Below are positions 40,657 to 51,802 of a DNA stretch of 64,000 nt, one piece after another; positions within the stretch are counted from its first letter, which is position 1; each line of letters begins with the position of its first letter. Below the pieces are notes generated by a model that saw nothing but the letters and a program-made list of their open reading frames with translations, did not search any database and was not told where the DNA came from. This DNA comes from Mobula hypostoma (lineage: Eukaryota): the NCBI RefSeq assembly GCF_963921235.1, contig NC_086108.1, positions 66,156,001-66,220,000 on the forward strand, read 5' to 3'. Both the position numbers and the translations under genes were made by a program.

Positions 40657-40945
40657 TATATTGCTCCAGAGATTCAATGAGCCATAATAGTTGGGTTAGA
40701 GCAAATATTGTTAGCATGCAACCAATCAGAGCTAAAATCAAATTTAAAATATTGATGAGATGGCTTACAAGAAATTGAAAATAATTAAATATTTTTCCTT
40801 AATACATTATTTTGTGTTCTTTGATATACAAAAGCAGTGACAATACACATTTAGCAGGTGATAGCATAAATATCAAGGCAAATAGGTAGTGAAATGAAGT
40901 CTCTGGCGCAAAATTTATGTACAGTAGAGCACAGTGCAACACACA

Positions 40946-41070
40946 GGTTTCAGCCTGAAATGTCGACTGTACTCTTTTCCGAGATGCTGCCTGGCCTGCT
41001 GAATTCATCCAGCATTTTGTGTGTGTTGCTTGGATTTCCAGCATCTGCAGATTTTCTCTTGTTTGTGATT
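40946..41070 (+). mobile_element. Penelope pLTR tail with the 3' half of a hammerhead
   Basis: GGTTTCAGCCTGAAATGTCGACTGTAC..GATGCTGCCTGGCCTGCTGAATTCATCCAGCATTTTGTGTG. Confidence 0.75.
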
Positions 41071-41079
41071 GGAGCCTCC

Positions 41080-43315
41080 AAGCAGAATACATCTACAACC
41101 ACCTTATGTGGGTAAGCTAAATCAGAATCCATGCAGCCAAGTTCCCCTGGATCCCTTACCTTCTGACTTTCTGAATGAGCCTACCAAGGGGAACTTGTCA
41201 AATGCCTTACTAAATTCCTTATACATTGCATCCACTGCACTAACTTCATCAATTTGTATAGTCACTTCCTCAAGGAATTCAATCAGGCTCATGAGACATG
41301 ATCTGCCCCTCACAAAGCCATAATGACTATCCCTATTCAGATGATGCCTGTAAATCCTGTTTCTAAGAATCCTTTTGGATAATTTGCTCATCGCTGAAGT
41401 AGGATTCATTGGTCAATAATTCCTAGTGTTATCCCTACTTCCTTTCTTGAACAAAGGAATAACATTTGTCACTCTTCTGTCTTTTGGTTACTAGTCCTGT
41501 GGCCAGTGACGATGCAAAAATCATTGCCAAAGGTGCAGTAATATCTTTCCTTGTTTTCTGTTGTACCCTGGGGTGTGTTCTATCCAGTCCCAGTGACTTA
41601 TCTATCCTAATGTTATTCAAAAGTTCCAGCACATCTTCTTTCTCAACATTGACAAGTTCCAGTATATCAGCCTGTTCTGCACTGTTCTCATATTCGTCAA
41701 TGTCCTTCTAACTGGTGAATTTTGAAGCAAAGTATTCATTAAGGACGTCCCCTTCCTCCAGCTCCTGACAAATGTTTCCTCTTTTATTCTTGATCAATCC
41801 TATCCTCATTCTGGTCATCCTCCTGTTCTTCATGTACAATACATGTAGAACAGCTCGGCGTTTTCCTTAATCCTACTCGGGGCCAAGGCCCCTTCTAGCT
41901 CTCCCATGTCCATTTTTAAGCTCCTTTCTGATACCTTGAAACTCTCTAGAGCCCTGAATCTTCTTTGCTTCCTAAACTGTAAGTAGGCTTCTTTCTTCCT
42001 CTTTCCCAGATATTCCATATACCTTTTAACAAACCATGGTCCCTTTACCCTACCATGCTTCCCCCCCGCCCCCCTCAATGGGACAGAGCTACAGTATCCA
42101 GAACTCCATGCAAGAGCTTCATAAATCGCACCACATATAGAAGCATAGAAAATAGGTGCAGGAGTAGGCCATTTGGCCTTCGAGCCTGCACCGCCATTCA
42201 GTATGATTATGGCTGATCATCAAACTCAGAACGCTATAACTGCATACTCTCCTGTCTGCCAACCAATTTTCTATCCACATCAATACCATACCCCCAATAT
42301 CGTGTGCTTTAAGTTTGCACACTAATCTCCTGTGTGGGACCTTGTCAAAAGCCTTTTGAAAATCCAAATATACCACATCCACTGGTTCTCCCCGACCCAT
42401 TCTACTAGTTACATCCTCAAAAAATTCTGAGAGATTCGTCAGACATGATTTTCCTTTCACAAATCCATGCTGACTTTGTCCGATGATTTCACCGCTTTCC
42501 AAATGTGCTGTTATCACACCTTGATAACTGACTCTAGCATTTTCCCCACCACCAATGTCAGGCTAACTGGTCTATAATTCCCCGGTTTCTTTCTCCCTCC
42601 TTTTTCAAAAAGCGGGGTTATATTAGCCACCCTCCAATCCTCACGTACTAATCTAGAATCTAAAGAGTTCTGAAAAATTATCACTAATGCATCGACTAAT
42701 GTATCTGTTTTGTATTTCCGTGGGCACATCAGTTCCCAAATTAAGCTCCCATGTTTTTGCCTAATATCCATGAAGTTAGTACGGTAAACTCCCAATTAAA
42801 TATTTTCTGATGCCATCTGCTTCTATTCCCGTCCAGGGCTATGGTGAACATCAGGGAGTTGTGATCACTGTCTCTGAAACGCTTACACACCGAGAGGTCC
42901 ATCAACTGAACAGGTTCATTACCTAGTACCAGATCTAGTATGGCCTCTCCTCTAGTCAGCCTGTCTCCATATTGTGTCAGGAATCATTCCAGGACACACT
43001 TGACTAATTCTGCCCCATCTATGCCTTTTGAACTAAGGAATTGCTAATCAATATTAGGGAATTTGAAGTCCTCCATGACTCCAACACTATTAATTTTGAA
43101 CCTTTCCAAAATCTACTCTGGATCTGTTCCCCAATATCTTTGATGCTGTTGGGTGGTGTATAGAATAATTGCAGGGAGTTGATTGCTCCATTTCTGGTTT
43201 TGACTTCCATCCACATTGACTCAGTAGACAACACGTCCACAACATCCTCCCTTTCAGCAGCTGTGATACTATCCCTGATTAGCAATGTCACTCCACCTCT
43301 TTTACCTCTCTCCCT
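41080..43315 (-). mobile_element. Old CR1 ORF2 fragment containing a nested younger CR1
   Basis: RGGVTLLIRDSI..FYTPPNS (APE), DKSLGLDRTHPRV and HYGFVRGRSCLMSLIEFLEEVT. Confidence 0.8.
42139..42700 (-). mobile_element. Nested CR1 fragment whose RT core is joined almost directly to the 3' UTR (internal deletion)
   Basis: NYRPVSLT..QSQHGFVKGKSCLTNL..LDFQKAFDKVPH..WIENWLADRR, then a jump at about 42245 to the CR1 3' UTR and tail. Confidence 0.85.
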
Positions 43316-43424
43316 GTGAAATATGTTGAAAAACATTGTTCATTATCAGGCTTTTAATGATTCTACTGATACCTTCTCCCTATGGAAATGAAAAAAAAAC
43401 CTTTTGATGCTGTAGCTCCATAGA

Positions 43425-43600
43425 AAAACAATGAAATTCTGGAAAGACGCAGCAGGTCAGGCAGTATCTGTGGGAAGGAACAGAGACAATGCTTCAGATC
43501 AAAAATTTGATCTTTGTTAGAATTTTGATCTGAAGTGTTGACTGTTTATCTTTCCATGAATATTGCCTGGCCCGTTGGGTGTTCCAGCATTTCCTGGTTT
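43425..43600. mobile_element. Old fold-back pair of Penelope pLTR ends
   Basis: AAATTCTGGAAAGACGCAGCAGGTCAGGCAGTATCTGTGG..CTTCAGATCAAAA mirrors TTTTGATCTGAAG..CCATGAATATTGCCTGGCCCGTTGGGTGTTCCAGCATTT. Confidence 0.7.
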
Positions 43601-44304
43601 GCCTTTTCATTGTAACTTTTAATTATCACATTAAGAGATACAAAAATACCAGAAGAACAATGCCAGATATTTTGCCATTCCCTCATCATTGCTGTTTGTG
43701 ACCACCAGTAATGCATTGATGTCCACAACTGATTGTGAAGAATGCTGGCCACAAAGACCAAGTGATATCACTTTCATGGCTTCCCTCCTTAACTTAATTA
43801 TTTTATTCTTAAATCCATTATATTTTGAAATATTAATCAGTGTTACAACCCATAGAAGTACTGTATATGAAATACAGTAACATCCTTCTGAATCTTTCAA
43901 ACATTCTTTCCAGTTTATCTACATCCTTCCTATAACTAGGTGACCAGAATACTATAAGTGTGCTCTCACCAATATCTAGTACAGTTGTAACATTATGTCC
44001 CAACTCGAGTACTATACACATGTATGTTGTGTCTCTTATGAAATTTTTCTCTACTAAGTCCATGGAAGGAAAATTTGGACCTCCAAAACTTAATTTGCAG
44101 CTAATAGGAACTAGTTAGCAAGAGAATGTGGTCTTGACCCAAAATATTGAGCATCGCTTTACTTCCATAGATGCTGTTTGACTATCTGAGTTCCTCCAGC
44201 AGTTTATTTCTTGCTGCTAGTGGCTGTTGAATGAAAAGCAAAATTAAAATTCAACTTAATTCATTGACAACATGAAGAGATTGTTTGCTTGGAATATAGA
44301 AAAA

Positions 44305-44775
44305 AGTCAAGTTTATTGTCATATACACATGTATGCACAATGCACGTGCAGAGTAAAAAATACCCTTGCAGCAGCATCAGAGACACATCGTATTGGAGGA
44401 GCACCATTCAAAAGAAAAAAACATAAAGAATGCATAAATCATACAAGAATTGTACAAGAACGCAATCTGAAGTATAAAAAAAACCGGAAGTTCCTTGTAG
44501 TGCAAAGTGGTTATAATGTTGTTTTACTGAGGTAGTGATTAGGATTGTGCAAGTTTGTTCAGTAAATGACTGATTGAAAGGAAGCAACTTTTGCTGAATC
44601 TGGTATTGTTGGACTACAGGTATCTCTTGCCCAATAGTAACTGAAAGAAGATCCATAGCCCAGATGACGGAGGTCTTTGATGATAATGCTTTTTTGAGGT
44701 AGCACTTGATTAGACACTTTTGATGGCATGGGGGGATGTGTCTACTTAGCTGAGTCCATTACTTTCTGCAACTGG
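44305..44775 (-). mobile_element. Decayed Rex/Babar-type LINE 3' end
   Basis: AAGTCAAGTTTATTGTCAT-type end followed by a degenerate version of the LLPSG..SFF region. Confidence 0.55.
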
Positions 44776-45275
44776 TATTTTAACATGCATCATATTTAAT
44801 TCATAGTCATACTTCTTTCCAACAAAGTGGGGGGGGGGCATTCAACCATCAACACTATGCCAGTTCTCAGATTAATCCTCCCAATTTCATTGCCACACTA
44901 ACTGCCCTATTTCTTCCCAGATGCACAACACACTCCGCCCACACAACTAATTCTCCTTCCACCCTCCTACACAAGAGGTAGTTTACAACAGCCAACAAGT
45001 CTAACAACAAGATGTTGCTATGATCCTGAGTAAAATCTGAAGAACCAAAGGGTCATGTGGTCTCAAGGAGAACAAATAAGTTCAGCACACAGGTCTGGAG
45101 ATCAGGATCAAATCCAGATCTCCGGAGCAGTGAGGCAGGGGGATGAACTAATACACTATTGTGCAACACAATGGACAATTCATCTAAACCAACAAGTTAT
45201 TCCTACAGAGATATTTTATAAGATTAATAGGGTTACAAAATACACATGGACTGAGATGTTAACTGTCCTGTGCTA

Positions 45276-45394
45276 TCACCAGTGGGATCATCAGTTGATC
45301 TGCCACCTGTCTTCAGGAGTTTCGGCCCGCTTATGATCAAGACTCCCTCGAGGTGGTGGGCCAGCAGTGCTAAAGCATCACCTCCCACTGGTGA
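45276..45394 (-). ncRNA. Candidate non-circularly permuted hammerhead ribozyme in the HERO-type 3' UTR
   Basis: All core nucleotides are present (GUC^ at 45343-45341, GAA-A at 45323-45320, CUGAUGA at 45294-45288). Helices: I UUGAUC/GAUCAA, II GGCCC/GGGCC, III GGAGU/ACUCC, plus CCACCU/AGGUGG and a 12-bp closing helix. Confidence 0.75.
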
Positions 45395-45516
45395 GCTTAA
45401 AAACTTGGCATCTGCCTCTATCAGAGTTGTTGGTCACTTCCATCCAACAGATAGTCTGCTCTTCAGGTGTCTATGCAACTACTGAAGGGTTTGCAAAAGA
45501 TGTATACACTGTCTGA

Positions 45517-46320
45517 CTATCTGCCCCTCTGGACATACTTGGTCCATACCCATGCTGATCCTTTTTCTGCTGCTTCAGCTACAGCCCTGCTGGTTGACTT
45601 GATCTCTCTTCTAATGAAGCCAAGGTCACGCAGCCACTTCTGAAGAGTGAACGCAATAAACCCACGGCAGCCTGCTTCGAATGGATAGCATGAGACCATC
45701 CACCCTCTGTCTCTGCACTCTGATCTTAATTCTGCATACTTGGTTAATTTGCGCTCATGGGCTTCATCGATGTTGTCTTCCCTGGGGACTGTGAGTTCAC
45801 CAATAACCACTTCTCTACTGGTTTCAGACCATACGATTATGTCTGGAAGCAATGTTGTGAAAGCTATTTGCTCCGGGAAACTGCCTTTCCCATCCAGGTC
45901 GGCCTTGACATACCAATCACTGGCTGAAGAAAGTATGCTTGATTGTGAGCCTGTGCTGTACACCCTTGACTTGGAGCCCTCTTTCACAAATGATATGCTA
46001 TGTTCTGTGCAGCATGGGGCATGAGATAAGTTGTGCTGCAGTACTCTCTGCTCATCACCTTCTGTTACAACTTTAAGAATGTTGTTACGTCTCCAAGTAT
46101 ACATGCCGCTGGAAAGATTGACTCTGCATGCACTCAAAATATGTTGAAGTGTTCCCTTCTTGCCACAAGCAGCACACCTGTCTGTCTTATCTTCATACCA
46201 GGTGCTAGGGTTGGCAGGTGTTGGGAGCAGATCGTACGCTGCTCTGCATAGAAAAGAAATGTGGAGCGGTTCCATCTGCCACAGAACATTCCAAGATAGA
46301 TGTTGTTGTTCAACACTCAC
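45517..46320 (-). pseudogene. C-terminus of the HERO-type ORF: CCHC zinc knuckle plus restriction-like (PD-(D/E)xK) endonuclease
   Basis: LWQMEP..ISFL.RA.YDLLPTP.N; C..CG..GTL.HILS.C; YTWR(H/R)N; PDIIVWS..ELTVP(W/R)ED..AHERK..KY; P(F)EAGCRGF. Substitutions at the usual RHN and VPWE positions suggest decay. Confidence 0.88.
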
Positions 46321-47189
46321 CCACCGGGTCCAAGCCCCTTGTTTGGCCAGACCAACTGTTTTAGCTAACCTCTTCTCCTCTTCTACCTCTCGTATTTCTT
46401 GTGTTACAAGCTCACGGCGCTCCTTACCTGTAGAAGATGACCACCACTTGTGGGTTGTTCATCCAATATATTAATGTTAGTTAGATTAAAGTATGCATTG
46501 AATGTAAATGAAAGATTATAACATTTTAAGCCTTTAAATTGTGCTTATTATGACCACATTTGAAAGACCTATATGCCTTAAGATAGGCCTGAAATGATGC
46601 AGAAAAATATCAATTCTGCTTTCAGTACCAGGCTTAATATAGAATGACTAATTAGCAAAGAATTGTGATCTCATAGTGATCCGCGTAATTTAAATAGCAA
46701 TATTTAAATAGCAAAGTCAACTCTGCAGATGGTCAACTGGAATACATGAGGATCATATGAAATAACAATCATCCATTGGAGATTGATGGAAATAAGTAAA
46801 CAATATTGAGTTGCTGTGTGATCATAAATGGATCCTAGATGGAAATAGTATATGAGTAAACCATCTATCATTTTATTTGAAATGTAGGACTGCTATCAGT
46901 TTTCATTTTGTTGCACACTCAACGCTAATTAAAGCAGTCATTCCATACAAATGTATAACCTTATCATTAGGAGAGAGGATGCTGACATGTTTAATGACCA
47001 TATGGAATTTATCACCATTCAAAATCAGCAAGGCAATGTGAATCCAAGACGTGATACTAAAAAAAAGTACATCAGCAGAGAATTTGATACATGTTCCTGC
47101 CCCAATCATTGAATGAAACATGGAGAACGAAATAGCCAATTCATCCTCTGGAAACTGAGAGATCAATCTTAAAACAGTGTGTGGAGAGT

Positions 47190-48870
47190 CCAACTAAGGA
47201 GAGAACATACTGGACCTAGTTTTGGGAGATGAGCCTGGCCAGATAATGGATGAACATATTATGACAAGATAGGAGTTAAGGAGCACCGATTGGAAGCAGA
47301 TGCTGTTGGACACGTCCATATCTCACATATGCAAGTTGTTTAAAAAACAGCTGATCAGAGTTCAGGATCAGCATATTCTGGTAAGGAATAAGGACAAGGG
47401 TGGTAAAGTAAGGGTACACTGCATGACCCAAGATATCTTAAATTTAGTCAAGAAAACAAAAGCATACTTAAGGTTTAGAAAGCTAAAATCCAACTGGGCA
47501 CTTGTGAAATATAAATATAGGGGGAAACTGCTTAAGCAGAAAGCAGGAAGACCAAAAGAGACCATGAAAAATCATTTAGGAAAAGAAGATAATTAAGGAG
47601 GGGGTAGGTCTACTCAAAGACAACAGAGGGAATTTGTGCTTAGAATCAGTGGATGAGCAAGTGGCTGAGGTACTAAATGAGTAGTTTACTTTGGTGAATA
47701 GCTTGTGTTCTCCTGATCAACAAAGTCCTGGAGGACCAGATAGTAGCAACTGTTGTGCCTTTGTTCAAGAAGCAAAATAGGAATAATCCAGGTATTTATA
47801 GGTCAGTGAGCCTCATGTCAGTGGTAAGAAAGCTACTGGAGAAGATACTGAGGGTTAGGATTTGTGTATTTGGAAAGGCATGATCTGCTTAGGGGAAGTC
47901 ATCATGACTTTGTGTGGAGCAATTCATGTCTTGCAAACTTTCTTTGAAGAGGTGACAAAGGTGCTTGATAAGGGTTTGGCAGTGGACATTACTTACATGG
48001 ACTTTAGTAAGGCAATTGACAAGGTTGCTTATGCTAGCTTGATTTTGAAGATAATGATGCATTGGATCTAGTGTAAATAGCAAGTTTGGGTTTGGAAATG
48101 GCTTACCCATTGAAGACAGAGTAAGGGTGGAAGGTTTTTTTTAATATAATAAAAACTGGAGATCATGACCAGTTGTGTTCCAGAAGGATCTGAGCTGAGA
48201 CCGCTCTTGTTTGTGCCATACACTATATCAATTATTTGAATGAAAAAGTAAATGTATGGATTAGCAAATTTGCAGATGACATCATGATGTTGGAGTTATA
48301 AACAGTGTTAGGAACTATCAATAAAGAGAAATAGAGATTATTTACAGATATTGGCAAAGAAGTGGCAGATGGGAGTTTAATTCAGGCAAATGTGAGGTGT
48401 TGCCCTTTGGGAGGTCATGTGCCAGGATAGATTATACAAATAATTGTAGTCCCCTGAATAACAGTGAGATAAAGAGGGATCTTTTGGCCCAAATCTATAA
48501 TTCACTGGAAGTGGCTAAGCAAGTGGATAAGGTGGTAAAGGCAGCATACGAAATCCTAGCCTTCATTGGTAGGGGTGTTGAGTATAGGAGTAACAAAATC
48601 ATGTTGCAGCTGTATAAGGTTTTAGTCAGACCACACAGGGTCTCATGTGCACTTCTGAATACCTCATTATATGGTTGGGGGGCAGGATTTAAATGAGACA
48701 TGAGTGGTAAGTATTTTATGGGGAGAATGGCAAATGATCTGAATGAGTTACAGGGGTAGTAGTGGAATCAAGCAGTTTTGGTGGAGTTTATGAGTCTTTT
48801 AGGTAGACACATGACTATGAAGGGAATGGAGGAATAAGGATGATAAACAGAAGGAGAACATTAGGAACAA
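47190..48870 (+). mobile_element. Heavily decayed CR1 ORF2
   Basis: FFEEVTKVLDKGLAVDITYMDFSKAIDKV, KFADD and IMLQLYKVLVRPH. Confidence 0.8.
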
Positions 48871-48892
48871 ATCAGATTGATGGTCAGCACAT

Positions 48893-50272
48893 CATAGAAC
48901 AGTAGAGCACAGGAACAAGTCCTTTGACCCACAGTGTTGAGCCAAGCCAAATAAATTAATACTCAGATGTCCAACTAATCTAAACCCTTTGCCTACACAA
49001 TGCCCATATCCTTCCATAATCCTTGTGGTCCTGTACCTATCTCAGTGTCCCTAATGTATCTACCTCTACCACCATCCTAAGCAGCGCTTTCCAGGCTGCC
49101 ACCACTCTAAAAAAAATATGCTCCTCACATCTCCTTTGAATTTAACCCCTCTCATCTGAAATGCATGCCCTCTGGTATTAGGCATTTCAACCTTGGATAA
49201 AAGATACTGCCTGCCTGCTCTATCTATACCTCTCATAATCGTACAAACCTCTATCAGATCTCCTCTCAGCTTCCATGGATCTAGAGAAATCAATACAAGC
49301 TTGTCCGGCTTCTTGTTATAGCACATGCCCTCTATTCCAGGCTGCATTCTGGTAAAACTCTTCGGCTCCCTCTCCAAGGCGTCGACAGCCTTCCTGTAAT
49401 CTGTAACCAGAACTGTATGTAATACTCAATATGCGACCTAACTAGCGCTTTATAAAAGCTGCAAAATAATTTCCTGATTTTGAACTCAATGTCTTGACTA
49501 ATAAAGGCAAGCATGCTACATGCCTTCTTAACTATCCTATCAACCTATGCAGCCACTTTCAGGGAGCTATGAACTTGGACCCCAAGATCCCTCTGCTCAT
49601 CAACACTGTTAAGGATCTTGCCTTTAACAGTGCGTTGTTTCTTAGCATTTGATCTTTGAAGGCACAACACTTCACAGTTAGCCAGGTTAAACTCCATCTG
49701 CTATTTCTCCATATTTGCAACTGATCTGCATCCCGCTATATTCTTTTCCGATCATCCAGGCTATCCACAACAGCATCACCCTTTCTGTCATCCGCAGACT
49801 TACTAACCCACCTATCCACGTTTTCATCCAGGTCATTTATATACATCACAAACAGCAGAGGTGCCAGTACAGATCCCTGCAGAACACCACTAATCACACA
49901 CCTTCAGCTAGAAAAAGTCTCTTTGGTCACTACCCTCTGTCTCCTATGAGCAAGCCAGTTCTGAATTCAAATGGTCAATTCTCCATGGATTCCATGCATC
50001 TTCATCTTTTGGATGAGCCTCCTATGTGGGACCTTGTTGAATACCTTACTAAAATCCATGAATAACAGCCACAGCTCTACCTTCATCAATCTCATCACCT
50101 CAGTAAAAAAACTGGAAATTATTAGGACACTATTTACCCCACATAAAGCTATGCTGGCCCTTCCTAATTAGGCCATGGTTTTCCAAATGCTCATAAAGCC
50201 TATCCCTAAGAATTCTCTCCAGTAAGTTCACAACCACTGATGTGAGGCTAACCGGTCTATAATTTCCAGAAT
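48893..50272 (-). mobile_element. Decayed CR1 RT plus 3' UTR
   Basis: NYRPVSLTS (about 50240-50265), MDFSKVFNKVPH, LRGDLIEV..TRGHAF, and a 3' tail at about 48893-48915. Confidence 0.85.
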
Positions 50273-51314
50273 TAGATACTTCAGGATTCTGCTTCTTTTT
50301 TGTGAAGAATTATTTCCTAAAAGACAACACTTCTTTATTTCATAGAACAAGGCATTGTTGAATTAGTGATAATTGCAGTCCCATGTCAACTTAAGCTGAT
50401 AATGTAGGTGGCTGATTTTCCAACATGCTTAATTGGCAATGCTTTGTATGTGTTAGAATTATAAACACATGGCCTTGTGTTTGGAATTATGTACAAGATA
50501 GATGGTTAATCTTAAATTGTGTGAGAAGAGCAAACACAGCTTTGTGATCACAGCATGGTAGGAGCTCTTAATGGGTTCCAAATAGGAAAATGCTACTTGA
50601 ACTAGGGGCATATTTGAGACATATATGCTTTGAGTGGTGGGCGAGTTATTTGTATGTTCACCATGCTCTGCCAACAACTGATGGAGCTGTTGCTGTAAGT
50701 GGTTCCTATTGCAGATGTTGGTGAGAGAATTTGAGTGTGGTTTTGGGGTATGGGAGAGAGAGAGAGTAGGTTACAGGAACACACCGGGAGGGGTAGGGGG
50801 AATGAAGTAAAGAGCTGGGAAGTTGATTGGTGAAAGAGATACAGGGCTGGAGAAGGGAGACAGGAAAATAAGTATGGGAAGAGATTGATTGGGTTACCCT
50901 TCCTTGATACAGACCTGATGGATTCAAAGATTTCCCATGTTATAAGAGAAAATAAACCTGGGCTAAATGTAAATTGAAATTGGTTTCTGGGCCACAATGA
51001 GATTAATTACCCATTGTAAATTCTTTTGTGATTAGGCTAGTGTTAAATAGGAGGGTTGCTCACCAGAGTGGCTTTTAGGCAGAAGAGCCCGTTCCATGCT
51101 GTATCTCTAAGTAAATATGAAAAAAAAAATTCCAGAAGACTATTGGAGAGAACTCAAACTTACTTTGAAAAAGGCTAACTTCAGGATCACCTTGAAATAA
51201 ATGGTATACACTATTAGACTCCTTAGCAGTGACCCAGGTGAAAAGACAGGAGAATTGCTCCAGCAGGCAAAGTCAGATCCATTCATAAAGCACTTTTTCA
51301 AATTAGAAAACTGA

Positions 51315-51676
51315 GATGTGCAGGCCTGCCATAGGTTGGGGTCAACCGTGGATGTTGCATCCTCGCTGTCTGCATCAATATGCAAACCAGGGCAGTATGA
51401 AATACAGAGTCAATTGTTGCCCATGTAGAAGTCTCCCCCCTCCATGCAGTTGATGAATCCTAAGGAACGGCAGAGACTGATACATTTGGCACCAGCAGCA
51501 TTGCAGGAGTTGCCAGTTAGCGTTGAACTCAACGTAGGAGTGCATTAGGGACTCCAGCCTCCGAGTTTTCCTTGGGATTTACTCCTGAAGCCTTGAGATC
51601 AGAGTTTTCATTCTCCTAAATGAGCTGCCAACCATAGCTGATGAGCCCCATTTGCCCAAAGCAAATGATTTTAAGG
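51315..51676 (-). mobile_element. Probable RTE-clade LINE 5' UTR fragment
   Basis: Minus strand GGTTGGCAGCTCATTTAGGAGAATGAAAACTCTGATCTCAA resembles the GGCA..CTAGGAGAAGGAAAACTCTGA block of RTE 5' UTRs. This is pattern recognition only. Confidence 0.5.
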
Positions 51677-51802
51677 TTATTTGAGACAAACACCATTGGG
51701 AGCATTTTCTAGGTAGTGGGAGGTTATTTCTACTGTTATCCCCCACCCCTTACCCCACCTTTCCCTGGCTACGACAACCTTATGGAACCAGAAAACTGAG
51801 GT

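Larger units (their letters stand above)
45262..46462 (-). mobile_element. HERO-type (RLE, R2-group) non-LTR retrotransposon, 5'-truncated, with 3' UTR
   Basis: The ORF below, about 250 bp of structured 3' UTR, and an upstream frameshifted WWSS..ERR.LV.QEI..EEE.R..K.V....QGAWTRW block. Confidence 0.85.

Noticed and set aside
50700..51115. SINE-like fragments (also 44830-45170)
   Set aside because: Probably decayed SINEs with LINE-derived tails, but too degenerate to name or bound.
51630..51676. Plus-strand CTGATGAG as another hammerhead
   Set aside because: No stem II, GAAA or UH can be assembled around it.
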